This document shows, in pieces, positions 31,602 to 40,137 of a DNA stretch of 64,000 nt (its first letter is position 1; every line of letters begins with the position of its first letter). Source of the DNA: Bacteroidales bacterium (lineage in GTDB: Bacteria; Bacteroidota; Bacteroidia; Bacteroidales; UBA1715); assembly GCA_017642535.1 (NCBI GenBank), contig JAGCOW010000048.1, positions 10,920 through 74,919 on the forward strand. Direction: 5' to 3'. The notes under the pieces were generated by a model, which did no database searches, was not told the DNA's origin, and saw only the letters and a list, made by a program, of their open reading frames with translations. The translations under genes and the position numbers were made by a program.

Positions 31602-33758
31602 TTAGAGTTTTATTTTAGTCATTTTCATTTTGAGCATTAGTGCTTTAGCCTTTTTGCGTTTATCGTCTGAATTGTCTTGTTTCGTTTCAATAAACGGATA
31701 AAGGCGGTCAAAAAGTTGGTCGAATGTCGTTAAAATAGTGTCTTGATATGGGTCGAAAACGTAGCGAGGTTTGTTTGATTCGTCGTATTCGTGCCTACCG
31801 TCAATCAAAATAACGACTATTGGATAGGTAGTACCTTGCTTTTGATAGATGTGGTCGCCGTCGATATAAATAACGTCAACCACGTTGTATTGGGCATACA
31901 GATACCCAAGAAATGTTTTCCATTGACCAAACAACACCTGTTTGCTTGACCTTTCATTAAGCGGTTTCCAATAGGCATTCCAAAGTTTACCGCCGACAAT
32001 TACAGCCGCCTTTCCGTCGTTGTGCATTTTGTCGAGTGCGAGAACCGCCATTTTATAGTCAAGCGTGTTTATTTTCCAACCGTGACGCTCTATCTTGTCG
32101 TTTTCGTTTAGTTTTGCAAATGGTGGGTTTGTCATTATTCCCCGAAACGCCTTGTCGGGAAATATGGCTAACTCCAAATTGCTTGACGCATTTTGATTGG
32201 TCACGCTTGAGAAGCCAAGATTTTTTAGGTTTGCCACACGAATTTCGTCAAGTTCGTTCACACAAACCTGTTGTGGTGGAAATGCAATGGTAAGCAAGCC
32301 GTTTCCTGCCGACGGTTCCAAAATTTTGCCATTACAAAATTTGTCATTCTTACCGACAAAACGCCCAAGCAGATACGACAATGGGCAGGGCGTTGAGTAT
32401 TGCTGAAGAACTTTGCTTTTTGTATCGAGTGGGCGAATTGTTACCTGTCGCTCGTACAGGTCTTTCATTTCCTCGTATTGCTGACGGAGAGAGTTACCGT
32501 TATTTGCTATACGACGTGCTTCGAGAACAACGCCCAATTCGCACGCCTGCATTATTTCTGTCTCGGTTTCAATATCGAAATCCTTTGCTATCTTCTTTGC
32601 TTTGAGCCAATCAAGTTTTTCGCCTTTGCTGTAAAGTTCTGATAGGTGTTGTGCAAATTTGAATGTGCCAGTTTCTGTTAATTGTTTTGGTTCATTGTTA
32701 TCTTTGTAAACTTTTTTGATAGTGTCAAGTAATTCATTTTCTATATCTAAAAGGTCTATGCCTTTTATGATTCTATATTTTTCAACAATTATGTGAAAAT
32801 CATTACGTATATCATCTTCGTTAAATGCTTTAGTTTTGCCTCCATAAACTGATTTGATTTTCGAAATGAGTCGAGATTCATTCTTTGCTATATAATTGAA
32901 AAAACTTTTTTCGTTAATCAATTTCAATCTCTCATTGTCGTTTTTATCGTATGAGCCTAAATTTTCTTGTGAATCTGTTTGATTTTCAGAATCTTTTTCT
33001 ATATTTGCATTGTCAATCAATGACAAAAGGTATTCAGACTGCACGGAATTGAACCGAGAGCCCCTGAATACCTTTTTTGCTTTATCTTGATTTGCCATTA
33101 GCAAGAATCCATCTTCAACCCATTTAGTAATTTGATTTACTCTTCGTCCGTGAATACTTGCTATTTCGTTGATTAAAATTTTATTCGCTGATTTATTGGT
33201 ATGTAAGGAAACACATAAAACACCCTCGTCATTTGATTTTTCAACAATAATGTTATATGCACCAGCAATTGTTTCTGACTTAAATACAAATATTGGCGAA
33301 TTTATATCTGTATTAAGGTTTTTAAGATGTTCTTTTTTTAATGAATGTAATTCAATTTTCTCAAACAGAGTTCTTTTGTTTATCATTATTGGCAAATTTG
33401 GAATACCGCAATCAAGTAAAATCTTTTTGGGCATTGTTACTCCAATAAATCTTCCTACAAATGTATTTGCAAAGAACTGGTTTAATTGATTTCTAAAATT
33501 GAACTTTATCTTTTCATCAGTTTTCCCCAAATCGCGTGATAACAAGTAGTCATCGTACTTCATTCCGTGTTCTTTCAACGAACACTTGTCACGTTTTGCT
33601 TTTAATTTTTCTAACCGATTGTACAGGTATAGTGGTCTTTTTTTATGCTGCCCATCGTACCTGTCGAAGGCTTCAAAAATTTCATCTATGCCATCATTAC
33701 AGTCTGTAATATCGGTACAATTGGACGCTATGGTATATGGAGATAGTTTTCTTTTCAT
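31602..33758 (-). CDS. Polyvalent protein: PBECR/MuF-C-like domain + N6-adenine methyltransferase
   Basis: QYSTP, LEPSAGNG and NPPF methylase motifs; N-terminal P..L..CGIPNLPI...PIFVFKS...INEIASIHGR resembles PBECR. Confidence 0.75.
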   Translation of the reverse strand: MKRKLSPYTIASNCTDITDCNDGIDEIFEAFDRYDGQHKKRPLYLYNRLEKLKAKRDKCSLKEHGMKYDDYLLSRDLGKTDEKIKFNFRNQLNQFFANTFVGRFIGVTMPKKILLDCGIPNLPIMINKRTLFEKIELHSLKKEHLKNLNTDINSPIFVFKSETIAGAYNIIVEKSNDEGVLCVSLHTNKSANKILINEIASIHGRRVNQITKWVEDGFLLMANQDKAKKVFRGSRFNSVQSEYLLSLIDNANIEKDSENQTDSQENLGSYDKNDNERLKLINEKSFFNYIAKNESRLISKIKSVYGGKTKAFNEDDIRNDFHIIVEKYRIIKGIDLLDIENELLDTIKKVYKDNNEPKQLTETGTFKFAQHLSELYSKGEKLDWLKAKKIAKDFDIETETEIMQACELGVVLEARRIANNGNSLRQQYEEMKDLYERQVTIRPLDTKSKVLQQYSTPCPLSYLLGRFVGKNDKFCNGKILEPSAGNGLLTIAFPPQQVCVNELDEIRVANLKNLGFSSVTNQNASSNLELAIFPDKAFRGIMTNPPFAKLNENDKIERHGWKINTLDYKMAVLALDKMHNDGKAAVIVGGKLWNAYWKPLNERSSKQVLFGQWKTFLGYLYAQYNVVDVIYIDGDHIYQKQGTTYPIVVILIDGRHEYDESNKPRYVFDPYQDTILTTFDQLFDRLYPFIETKQDNSDDKRKKAKALMLKMKMTKIKL

Positions 33759-33770
33759 ATCTTTGTATTA

Positions 33771-34313
33771 TTACAACCACCCATCTTGTTTCAGTTCGTC
33801 ATAGGACACTTCCGACATAATAGTTTCTATTATCCATATACGAGCATTAGGCTTTTTGCTACTATGTAAACACTCATATAGATAATTTGCACATACTGAT
33901 TTTTCAAAATACCTAAATAGTATATCCAACAATTTCGCAACATCAAGTCTGCTCAATGCTTTTTTTAATGTTGTCGAATTAGTTCCCGCCAGCCCTTTCT
34001 TTGCCAACGTCTTTTTAGTAGCGTCAAGTGCCTTTTTGGTTGTTTTATTCGCTTTTTTCTTTGCGTCGTTGAAAATCTTTGTGGTTGCCTTGCGAACTTT
34101 CTTTTTTGTTTCGCTTAATTGCTTGCGTACGGCTTTCTTGGCCGTGGCAGTTGCTTTTGACGATTTTTTAACGGTTTTCTTAACCGTCTTTTTTGCTTCT
34201 GTCGGTTTGTCTTTCTTGCTTTTGAACAAATCTTTCAATCCGTTCAACTTACGTGATTTTGCAAGTTTTTCACGTCCCTTTGCCAATGCAGCTAATTGTT
34301 TTTTTGTTGTCAT
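33771..34313 (-). CDS. Lys/Ala-rich histone-like DNA-binding protein
   Basis: KQLAALAKGR..; dense KKTVKK/KKA runs followed by a small unrelated C-terminal domain. Confidence 0.55.
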   Translation of the reverse strand: MTTKKQLAALAKGREKLAKSRKLNGLKDLFKSKKDKPTEAKKTVKKTVKKSSKATATAKKAVRKQLSETKKKVRKATTKIFNDAKKKANKTTKKALDATKKTLAKKGLAGTNSTTLKKALSRLDVAKLLDILFRYFEKSVCANYLYECLHSSKKPNARIWIIETIMSEVSYDELKQDGWL

Positions 34314-34345
34314 AGTTGTTAATTTTTAGTTAGTATTGTGTTTAA

Positions 34346-34879
34346 TTATGCAAAATAGTAGTTTGCCTCTGCTGTTCTACGACGTGTCAATCCGGCAATT
34401 ACTTGTCCGCCCGATTTGTTCCATTTTGCACATTCAGAACGTATTGACGTGTCGTTAGGGTTTGCGAGAACCTTTCTCAACAAAGTTGATTTTAGAAATG
34501 CCCCTTGACCAATGTTGTAACAAAAACATACAAGTGCGTCGAATTGGTTTTGTTTCAAGTCTTTTGTTATAGTTGCAGTTGCAACCGTTGCCTCATATTT
34601 TGCCAAATCGTTTCTGAACATATTTTCTGCCTGTTCTTTGGTTATCTGCATACCAGCCTTTACGTCGGAGCCATAGTGCCCATAACCGATTGTGTAATAT
34701 TGCTCTGTCGGTAATGCTTTGTATGCCGTAAGTTTCAACGCCTCGAATGATTTAATCAAATTCGCCCCTGCCTCTGAAACTTTCTTGCTGCTAATTGTAT
34801 TTGCTACTTTCATTGTTAAACCTATTAGTGTTAAAGAAAAAGAACATAATAAAAGCCCTATTGTCGTTGATTTGTCCAT
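34346..34879 (-). CDS. GH24 phage lysozyme (endolysin) with N-terminal hydrophobic anchor
   Basis: LIKSFE..LTAY..YTIGYGH, QNQFDALV.F.YNIG, GLTRRR.AE motifs. Confidence 0.93.
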   Translation of the reverse strand: MDKSTTIGLLLCSFSLTLIGLTMKVANTISSKKVSEAGANLIKSFEALKLTAYKALPTEQYYTIGYGHYGSDVKAGMQITKEQAENMFRNDLAKYEATVATATITKDLKQNQFDALVCFCYNIGQGAFLKSTLLRKVLANPNDTSIRSECAKWNKSGGQVIAGLTRRRTAEANYYFA

Positions 34880-34881
34880 AA

Positions 34882-35169
34882 CTAAAATTGTTCGTTGAAT
34901 TTATAGTTTTGGCTTGTGTCGTGTCCTGTCCACGCTTGGTCGAACTTGCGGCTACCTGCCAAATACTTGATTGTTTGTACTGTGCCAGTTGTCCCGGATA
35001 CGGTTTCTGTTTTTATGCGTTTCACAAGCCATTTCTTGTCGTCGAATGACTGTGTGTCGGGCAAACAATAACCAACGTACATTGTGTTATCATCTACCTC
35101 GTGAATGATTGACGGTGCAACACCTTCGTCGTGCATCGCCGTGATTAGTTGATTTACTGCTGGGTTCAT
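34882..35169 (-). CDS. Small putative virion protein
   Basis: YVGYCLP...KWLVKRI beta-rich pattern; lies in the late operon. Confidence 0.5.
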   Translation of the reverse strand: MNPAVNQLITAMHDEGVAPSIIHEVDDNTMYVGYCLPDTQSFDDKKWLVKRIKTETVSGTTGTVQTIKYLAGSRKFDQAWTGHDTSQNYKFNEQF

Positions 35170-35256
35170 AATCGTAAATTTTATTAAAATAAACCGCAAG
35201 ACACTGTTAGAGAAGAATTAAGCAAGCACCCTGTAAGGCTCACGGTTTATTTAGGG

Positions 35257-35787
35257 TTAAAACAATTTTTTAATTCCTTTTTGTCGCAATATTGAGTTAA
35301 TGTAGGTCTCTCGGTCGCTCGCCGATTTAACGTCGTTTTGAATCCACTCGGAAAGCGTTTGTCCGTCGCCGAAAAACGACCACGATGATTTTCTCTTGCC
35401 GAATTTAAGTATGATTAGATTCAAATCATCTTCGTTAACGACAAGTTGCATAACTTCCTTTATTTTTGTTAAGTTAGTACCTGCACCGTCCATTGCTGCA
35501 AATAATTTGTCGGCAGCGGCTAACGCTTGGTCGCCGCTCATAGTAGCATATTTTGTACTGCCTGCTATTTTTTGCACGTCGTTATTGTCTTTCCAACGCT
35601 TATATATCTTTCGCCCGAAAATAATTCCTACTACGACACCGCCTGTAATAAGCAAGTTACGGAATGTTTTATCCACACGGCGTTCGGCACGGTCGAGCAA
35701 TTCGGGATTTTTAAGTACCTCGATGGCTACAACTGCTGCTGCTGGGTTGCCAAGACCTTTTTTAGTAGTTTTTTTTCTTGTTGCCAT
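35257..35787 (-). CDS. Membrane protein with annexin-like repeat
   Basis: One TM helix, then AADKLFAAMDGAGTNLTKIKEVM, resembling annexin A..L..AM.G.GTDE..I. Confidence 0.6.
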   Translation of the reverse strand: MATRKKTTKKGLGNPAAAVVAIEVLKNPELLDRAERRVDKTFRNLLITGGVVVGIIFGRKIYKRWKDNNDVQKIAGSTKYATMSGDQALAAADKLFAAMDGAGTNLTKIKEVMQLVVNEDDLNLIILKFGKRKSSWSFFGDGQTLSEWIQNDVKSASDRETYINSILRQKGIKKLF

Positions 35788-35799
35788 AGCTCCTCCTTT

Positions 35800-35976
35800 T
35801 TATAAGAAATTCAATGCCGTTTTTATGAGTGACGGTTTTTTGATTGCAGCGTTAACCAACTTAACCAAATCGTCGTGATTGATACAATTTGCCGCATTTT
35901 GCAAGGCACATCCTACTGTTTTAACCTCTTCTGTCGTTTCTGCCTCGATTTTGATTTTTACCTCGTATTTAGCCAT
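35800..35976 (-). CDS. 58-aa hypothetical protein (not in ORF track)
   Basis: Hand-translated MAKYEVKIKIEAETTEEVK...IKTALNFL*; fills the operon gap. Confidence 0.6.
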   Translation of the reverse strand: MAKYEVKIKIEAETTEEVKTVGCALQNAANCINHDDLVKLVNAAIKKPSLIKTALNFL

Positions 35977-35988
35977 AGTGATAAAGTT

Positions 35989-36336
35989 TTATTTGTTATT
36001 ATTTTTTTCTGCCGACGCTTTACGTGTTGCACGTGGAGAAGTTGTTTTGAATTTGATAGAAGAAAGACGACGCATCAATTCTTCCTGTCCTTTCTTCAGT
36101 TCTGCATTTTCGTTTCTTACGGCCACAAGTTCCGTTTTGAGTTGCGAGTTTTCAGAACGGAGTTCTGTGACTTGGTTGATTAGGTCGCTGTTTTTGGCAA
36201 CAAGCATATCAATTGTTTCCTGCAATTTGTTAAGTGTTTCGTTGTTGCGTACTCTTTTGGCGGCAAGCCACGATACCACACCTGTAACTGGTGTGAGCAA
36301 ATAACCGCCGATTGTTAGTAATGTTTCAATTTCCAT
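35989..36336 (-). CDS. Holin-like protein (N-terminal TM + coiled coil)
   Basis: Single N-terminal TM helix and heptad coil; close to the endolysin. Confidence 0.5.
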   Translation of the reverse strand: MEIETLLTIGGYLLTPVTGVVSWLAAKRVRNNETLNKLQETIDMLVAKNSDLINQVTELRSENSQLKTELVAVRNENAELKKGQEELMRRLSSIKFKTTSPRATRKASAEKNNNK

Positions 36337-36348
36337 ATCTTTATTATT

Positions 36349-37644
36349 TTATTCGTAACACATATAATTTTTCTTTTTAATGATTCGTGCCGAAAATGGC
36401 ATCAGTTCTTTGTCGTTACTCAATCTGTCCATAATCACTGCAGATTTCGTAATGAATGTATGGAACGTCGGATTATCACAGTTTTCGTCGGCATATATGT
36501 ATTTTACAACAACCTTTTTCTCTTTTTTAATCTCAACTTCCATATAGTCAATAAAAACTATCTCACGTCCCGATTCGCAAAGTGCCATTATACTTTCTCT
36601 TTGCTCCTTGGGTACATCAAACCACGATGGGCGTGGTCTCTTTTCTGATAATTTTTTATATTCTATCATTCTGTCACCTTTTATGGTTTTCAATAAATTT
36701 TTACCGTCGCAGTGCTTCAACCAACCGTAGTAACTCGCCATTTGCATTTTCCACGTATCATCGTCGGCGTTTTTAAGGCGGTTCGACTTCTTCTTGATGT
36801 TCATTTTGATACGCTTACGCAACAAAGTATGCGTAGGATAGAACTTGTAACCTATGAAATCTAAACCACATCTGAACGGAACTATTCTCGCATTTTCCTT
36901 TACCGTCAATCCAAGTGATTCAATCTTATTCGATAGTGTTTCCAATACACTATGTGCCGACTGCTTATCTTTGGCAAAACACACTATGTCGTCCATATAA
37001 CGATAATACCATTTCAAATGAATCTGCTCCTTTGCGAAATGGTCAAGCTCCGACAAAAACAGGTTGCTCAAATATTGACTTGGGAAAACTCCGATTGCAA
37101 GTCCACGACCTTTGGAATCTTCGTGGCGGTCAATGATTTTATCGAGATGTTTCAGAAGCGTTTTATCTTTGAACACACGCCGTATTGTCTGTTTCAGCTT
37201 GTCGTGCGGTATAGACTGGTAAAACTTTTTGCAGTCTATCTGAATATAATACCAATCGGCGAACTTGTGGCGGTTTGTCTTGATTCTATTCGCACACATC
37301 TGCAATCCACGCCCCTTGATGCTCCCGTATGTGTCGTTAGTCATTTTGGAAATTATGTACGGTTTGCAAACGTCCATAATTGCGTGGTGTGCAACCTTGT
37401 CGTACAACGTAGGACAGTGGATAATTCTTTCTTTTGGCTCGTACACCTTGAACTCATACAATTCAGAAAAATCGAACGTGCCTTCCTGCAGCTTCCTGCA
37501 AATTTCGTCAGTATAAAACTCACGATTTTCAATAAACTCACGTTTCTGTGCATTGTTACGCTGGTGTGCGAGTGCGGCACACACCGCTTTCTCTACATTT
37601 CCTCGTGACGCTATTTCGCTCCAAAGATTTCCAAACCGCTTCAT
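36349..37644 (-). CDS. DGR reverse transcriptase with ~100-aa C-terminal extension
   Basis: EPKER.I, D.VAHHA, IDCKKFYQSI, GLAIGVFPSQ, YRYMDD, LDFIGY motifs; adjacent TR with a matching VR. Confidence 0.95.
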   Translation of the reverse strand: MKRFGNLWSEIASRGNVEKAVCAALAHQRNNAQKREFIENREFYTDEICRKLQEGTFDFSELYEFKVYEPKERIIHCPTLYDKVAHHAIMDVCKPYIISKMTNDTYGSIKGRGLQMCANRIKTNRHKFADWYYIQIDCKKFYQSIPHDKLKQTIRRVFKDKTLLKHLDKIIDRHEDSKGRGLAIGVFPSQYLSNLFLSELDHFAKEQIHLKWYYRYMDDIVCFAKDKQSAHSVLETLSNKIESLGLTVKENARIVPFRCGLDFIGYKFYPTHTLLRKRIKMNIKKKSNRLKNADDDTWKMQMASYYGWLKHCDGKNLLKTIKGDRMIEYKKLSEKRPRPSWFDVPKEQRESIMALCESGREIVFIDYMEVEIKKEKKVVVKYIYADENCDNPTFHTFITKSAVIMDRLSNDKELMPFSARIIKKKNYMCYE

Positions 37645-37747
37645 AACCTAACTAATTCAACCAATTTTCACTATTACGTTACTCACAAGTCCTGTCATAT
37701 CGTGATGTTCTGCCTTTCGGCAAAGTCACGGCAACAATTTATACTTC

Positions 37748-37840
37748 GTTATTTGCGGACGCCACGCCGTACACGTTGTTAGCATTGCTGACGTTGTTGT
37801 TGTTGGCACGCCCGACCCCATCGAGACCACCCCCAGCGTG
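37748..37840 (-). ncRNA. DGR template repeat (TR)
   Basis: 93-nt non-coding copy of 39706-39801; AAC-rich; all substitutions fall at TR adenines. Confidence 0.95.
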
Positions 37841-37891
37841 GCATTCTGTCGCCGTAACTTTCAAGTTACTACTATGTCAAAGAACTCTCTA

Positions 37892-38233
37892 TTACTCAAT
37901 TCCGTGGAACAGACTTGCCGAACCTTTGGAATCTGATGCTTTTGTACCTGCACTTGTCGAATGCAACAATACGTTTGATTCGTCAAGCACCTCACTTTCT
38001 GCTATTCTCGCACTCGTTGAGTGAACAAGAACATTTGCCTCGTCCAAAACTTCCGAATCCGCAACCCGAATACTCGATGAGTGAACGGCTATCGTATATG
38101 TTGCGTTCCAATTCGTTCCGTCGTACTCATAGTATGATTCGCCACAAACAACACGTGCCGTTTCGTTCGCCGTAGGTATAAGTAACAGCAAATCATCGTA
38201 TGTGTTAACCGTATATGTCGGATTCAATACCAT
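37892..38233 (-). CDS. 113-aa protein with a 20-aa internal repeat
   Basis: HSSSIRVADSEVLDEANVLV / HSTSARIAESEVLDESNVLL / HSTSA. Confidence 0.6.
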   Translation of the reverse strand: MVLNPTYTVNTYDDLLLLIPTANETARVVCGESYYEYDGTNWNATYTIAVHSSSIRVADSEVLDEANVLVHSTSARIAESEVLDESNVLLHSTSAGTKASDSKGSASLFHGIE

Positions 38234-38235
38234 TT

Positions 38236-40122
38236 CTACTCGTTATAATATTCAACAAACACCGCAAACTGAACGAACGGCATATCAATTATAGACTTGC
38301 GTAGTCTATCGGAATAACCGCCCTGCGAAACTGGCTGCCAAGCCAAGTAGTTACCGCTTGAAATTGGCACGTTATAGTCGTCGTGTGCTATTGCACCGTT
38401 CGTCTTGCCGACAAAGTACTCTCCGAACTGCTGTGCTGGAATCCATTCGGCGTTCTGCACACGTGTATCGTCGAACATCACGCCAATCTCATAATCGGGA
38501 TCCGAATGACTGAAATCGTCTGTGCTGTTCATTGCGACAAAACTTTCGCCTGGCACTATCGTGCGTGAACGATACGTTATGTTTTCATTGCCGACGTTCA
38601 AATATGTAGCACCAGCTTGCAAGCCGTCTCCTTGCTTGATTTTAACCGTTACGGAACGACGGCAGCGGCAATATATCACATCGTTAGTGTTCGATTCGAC
38701 AACAGGTACAAGATATGAACCAGCGTCAATGTCGGTGAACTGCGTTCCTGTTGCCGTAACCATTATGTTTTCGTCTCCGTAATACGTTACGTTGTTGTAT
38801 TTGATTGTTCCGTGAACCTTGTACCAGCTAACTGGAATGTCGGTATTTTGGCTGATATATTCAGAGCTGTCACGAGAAAACATTGTTGTAAGTCCAGTAA
38901 GGTGGATTCTTTTTCGGTTCATCGGTTGTGTAGGCAGTGCGAATATGCCGTTCAACTGAACCTGTGACGGATTTATGCGTACAATCTTCGAATAGATTGC
39001 ACCGCCATTTTCTATGTTCGCTTCGTTCAAACAAATCTTGCCGTTCACAACCTCGATACAGCCCTCTATGCTTCGTTCGTCCCACGTTCCTGCCACACCA
39101 GTTGAATCGTCCATAATCGGAATCGACAGAGCTGGCGGCAAAGCACCCAAATAGAAACAACCCGAACCAGTCGCCGTGTCACGAATAGCGTCACAATCGG
39201 GTTTCAACGTGAAATCCAACTTTTCTGCGTCGTTGAAAATTTCGTCGCTTGTATGCGTAGAAAATATGCAGCCAAAGAACTTGACGCTCAATGTGCCACC
39301 AAGAGCGGCGACACGTTCTACAAGACTTGCATAGCGTTCCTCGCTCGTGCTGCCTGTTATACCTGTAACTTCCGTATATGTGCTGTCGGCGTTGCCGTTG
39401 GCAAAAATGTACCATTTCGTGTCGGCAGTGAATAAACATTCTGTAAATTCATTCGTGTCGTTCACAATCATAGCCGTTTTTGCAAAAATCGTCGTGTGGA
39501 TTTTCGGCGTTCCGTAGCGAACTTTCATTATGTTCGTCACATCAATGTCGTACACGGTGGATTGTCGCAACGTAGGATTGTAGTTGCCGTTTCCATACCA
39601 AATCTTATATGCCGCCGAGTTTGGTATGATTTTGCTGTACACGATTTTTTCGACGGTGGTAAAGCCACCTAAGCATCCAAAATGCAAACAGCAGTTGTGA
39701 ATGAAGTTAGGTGCGGACGCCACGCCGGACACGCTGGCAGCATTGCCGACGAAGTTGCCGCTGATGGCACGCCCGACCCCAACGAGACCACCCCCAGCGA
39801 GAGCCGTGACGTTAATGATTATCATATCGGTCATAGTAACGCCCCAAGTGGTGTATTTGAACTGTCCGTCGAAAACCGAAGCTCCGTAAAAATCGCCGAT
39901 GATTTCTGAACCGTTAGAACCATAATATCCTTGGCCGTTCATATCTTCTGCAAAATAACCGATGCAAACCGCTTTCTTTTTGTTAGTCAATACGCCTGCC
40001 TTTGTAAGCGTCTTGAAAGGTTTTGCCTGTGAACCGTCGCCAAGCGTGTCGGAACCAAGCACGCTGTGAACGTACATAGCACCCGAAATCGTCTTTCTCC
40101 ATTTAATTGGTCTTGTAGCCAT
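38236..40122 (-). CDS. DGR target protein, putative receptor-binding/spike protein with DUF1565/beta-helix-like N-terminus
   Basis: YVHSVLGSDTLGDGSQAKPFKTL motif; contains the VR at residues 108-139. Confidence 0.8.
   Translation of the reverse strand: MATRPIKWRKTISGAMYVHSVLGSDTLGDGSQAKPFKTLTKAGVLTNKKKAVCIGYFAEDMNGQGYYGSNGSEIIGDFYGASVFDGQFKYTTWGVTMTDMIIINVTALAGGGLVGVGRAISGNFVGNAASVSGVASAPNFIHNCCLHFGCLGGFTTVEKIVYSKIIPNSAAYKIWYGNGNYNPTLRQSTVYDIDVTNIMKVRYGTPKIHTTIFAKTAMIVNDTNEFTECLFTADTKWYIFANGNADSTYTEVTGITGSTSEERYASLVERVAALGGTLSVKFFGCIFSTHTSDEIFNDAEKLDFTLKPDCDAIRDTATGSGCFYLGALPPALSIPIMDDSTGVAGTWDERSIEGCIEVVNGKICLNEANIENGGAIYSKIVRINPSQVQLNGIFALPTQPMNRKRIHLTGLTTMFSRDSSEYISQNTDIPVSWYKVHGTIKYNNVTYYGDENIMVTATGTQFTDIDAGSYLVPVVESNTNDVIYCRCRRSVTVKIKQGDGLQAGATYLNVGNENITYRSRTIVPGESFVAMNSTDDFSHSDPDYEIGVMFDDTRVQNAEWIPAQQFGEYFVGKTNGAIAHDDYNVPISSGNYLAWQPVSQGGYSDRLRKSIIDMPFVQFAVFVEYYNE
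39706..39801 (-). repeat. DGR variable repeat (VR), internal to the target gene
   Basis: 96 nt encoding LAGGGLVGVGRAISGNFVGNAASVSGVASAPN; matches TR except at adenines and one extra codon. Confidence 0.95.
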
Positions 40123-40137
40123 ATCTTTTGTTTTTTA

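Noticed and set aside
36952-37608. 218-aa plus-strand ORF and similar short opposite-strand ORFs in the track
   Set aside because: Shadows of well-supported genes, with no motifs of their own
36349-37644. RT as group II intron, retron or Abi RT
   Set aside because: The adjacent TR/VR pair with strictly adenine-specific differences and the SQ motif identify a DGR
37892-38233. Avd accessory protein
   Set aside because: Acidic, beta/repeat-like sequence rather than a basic four-helix bundle
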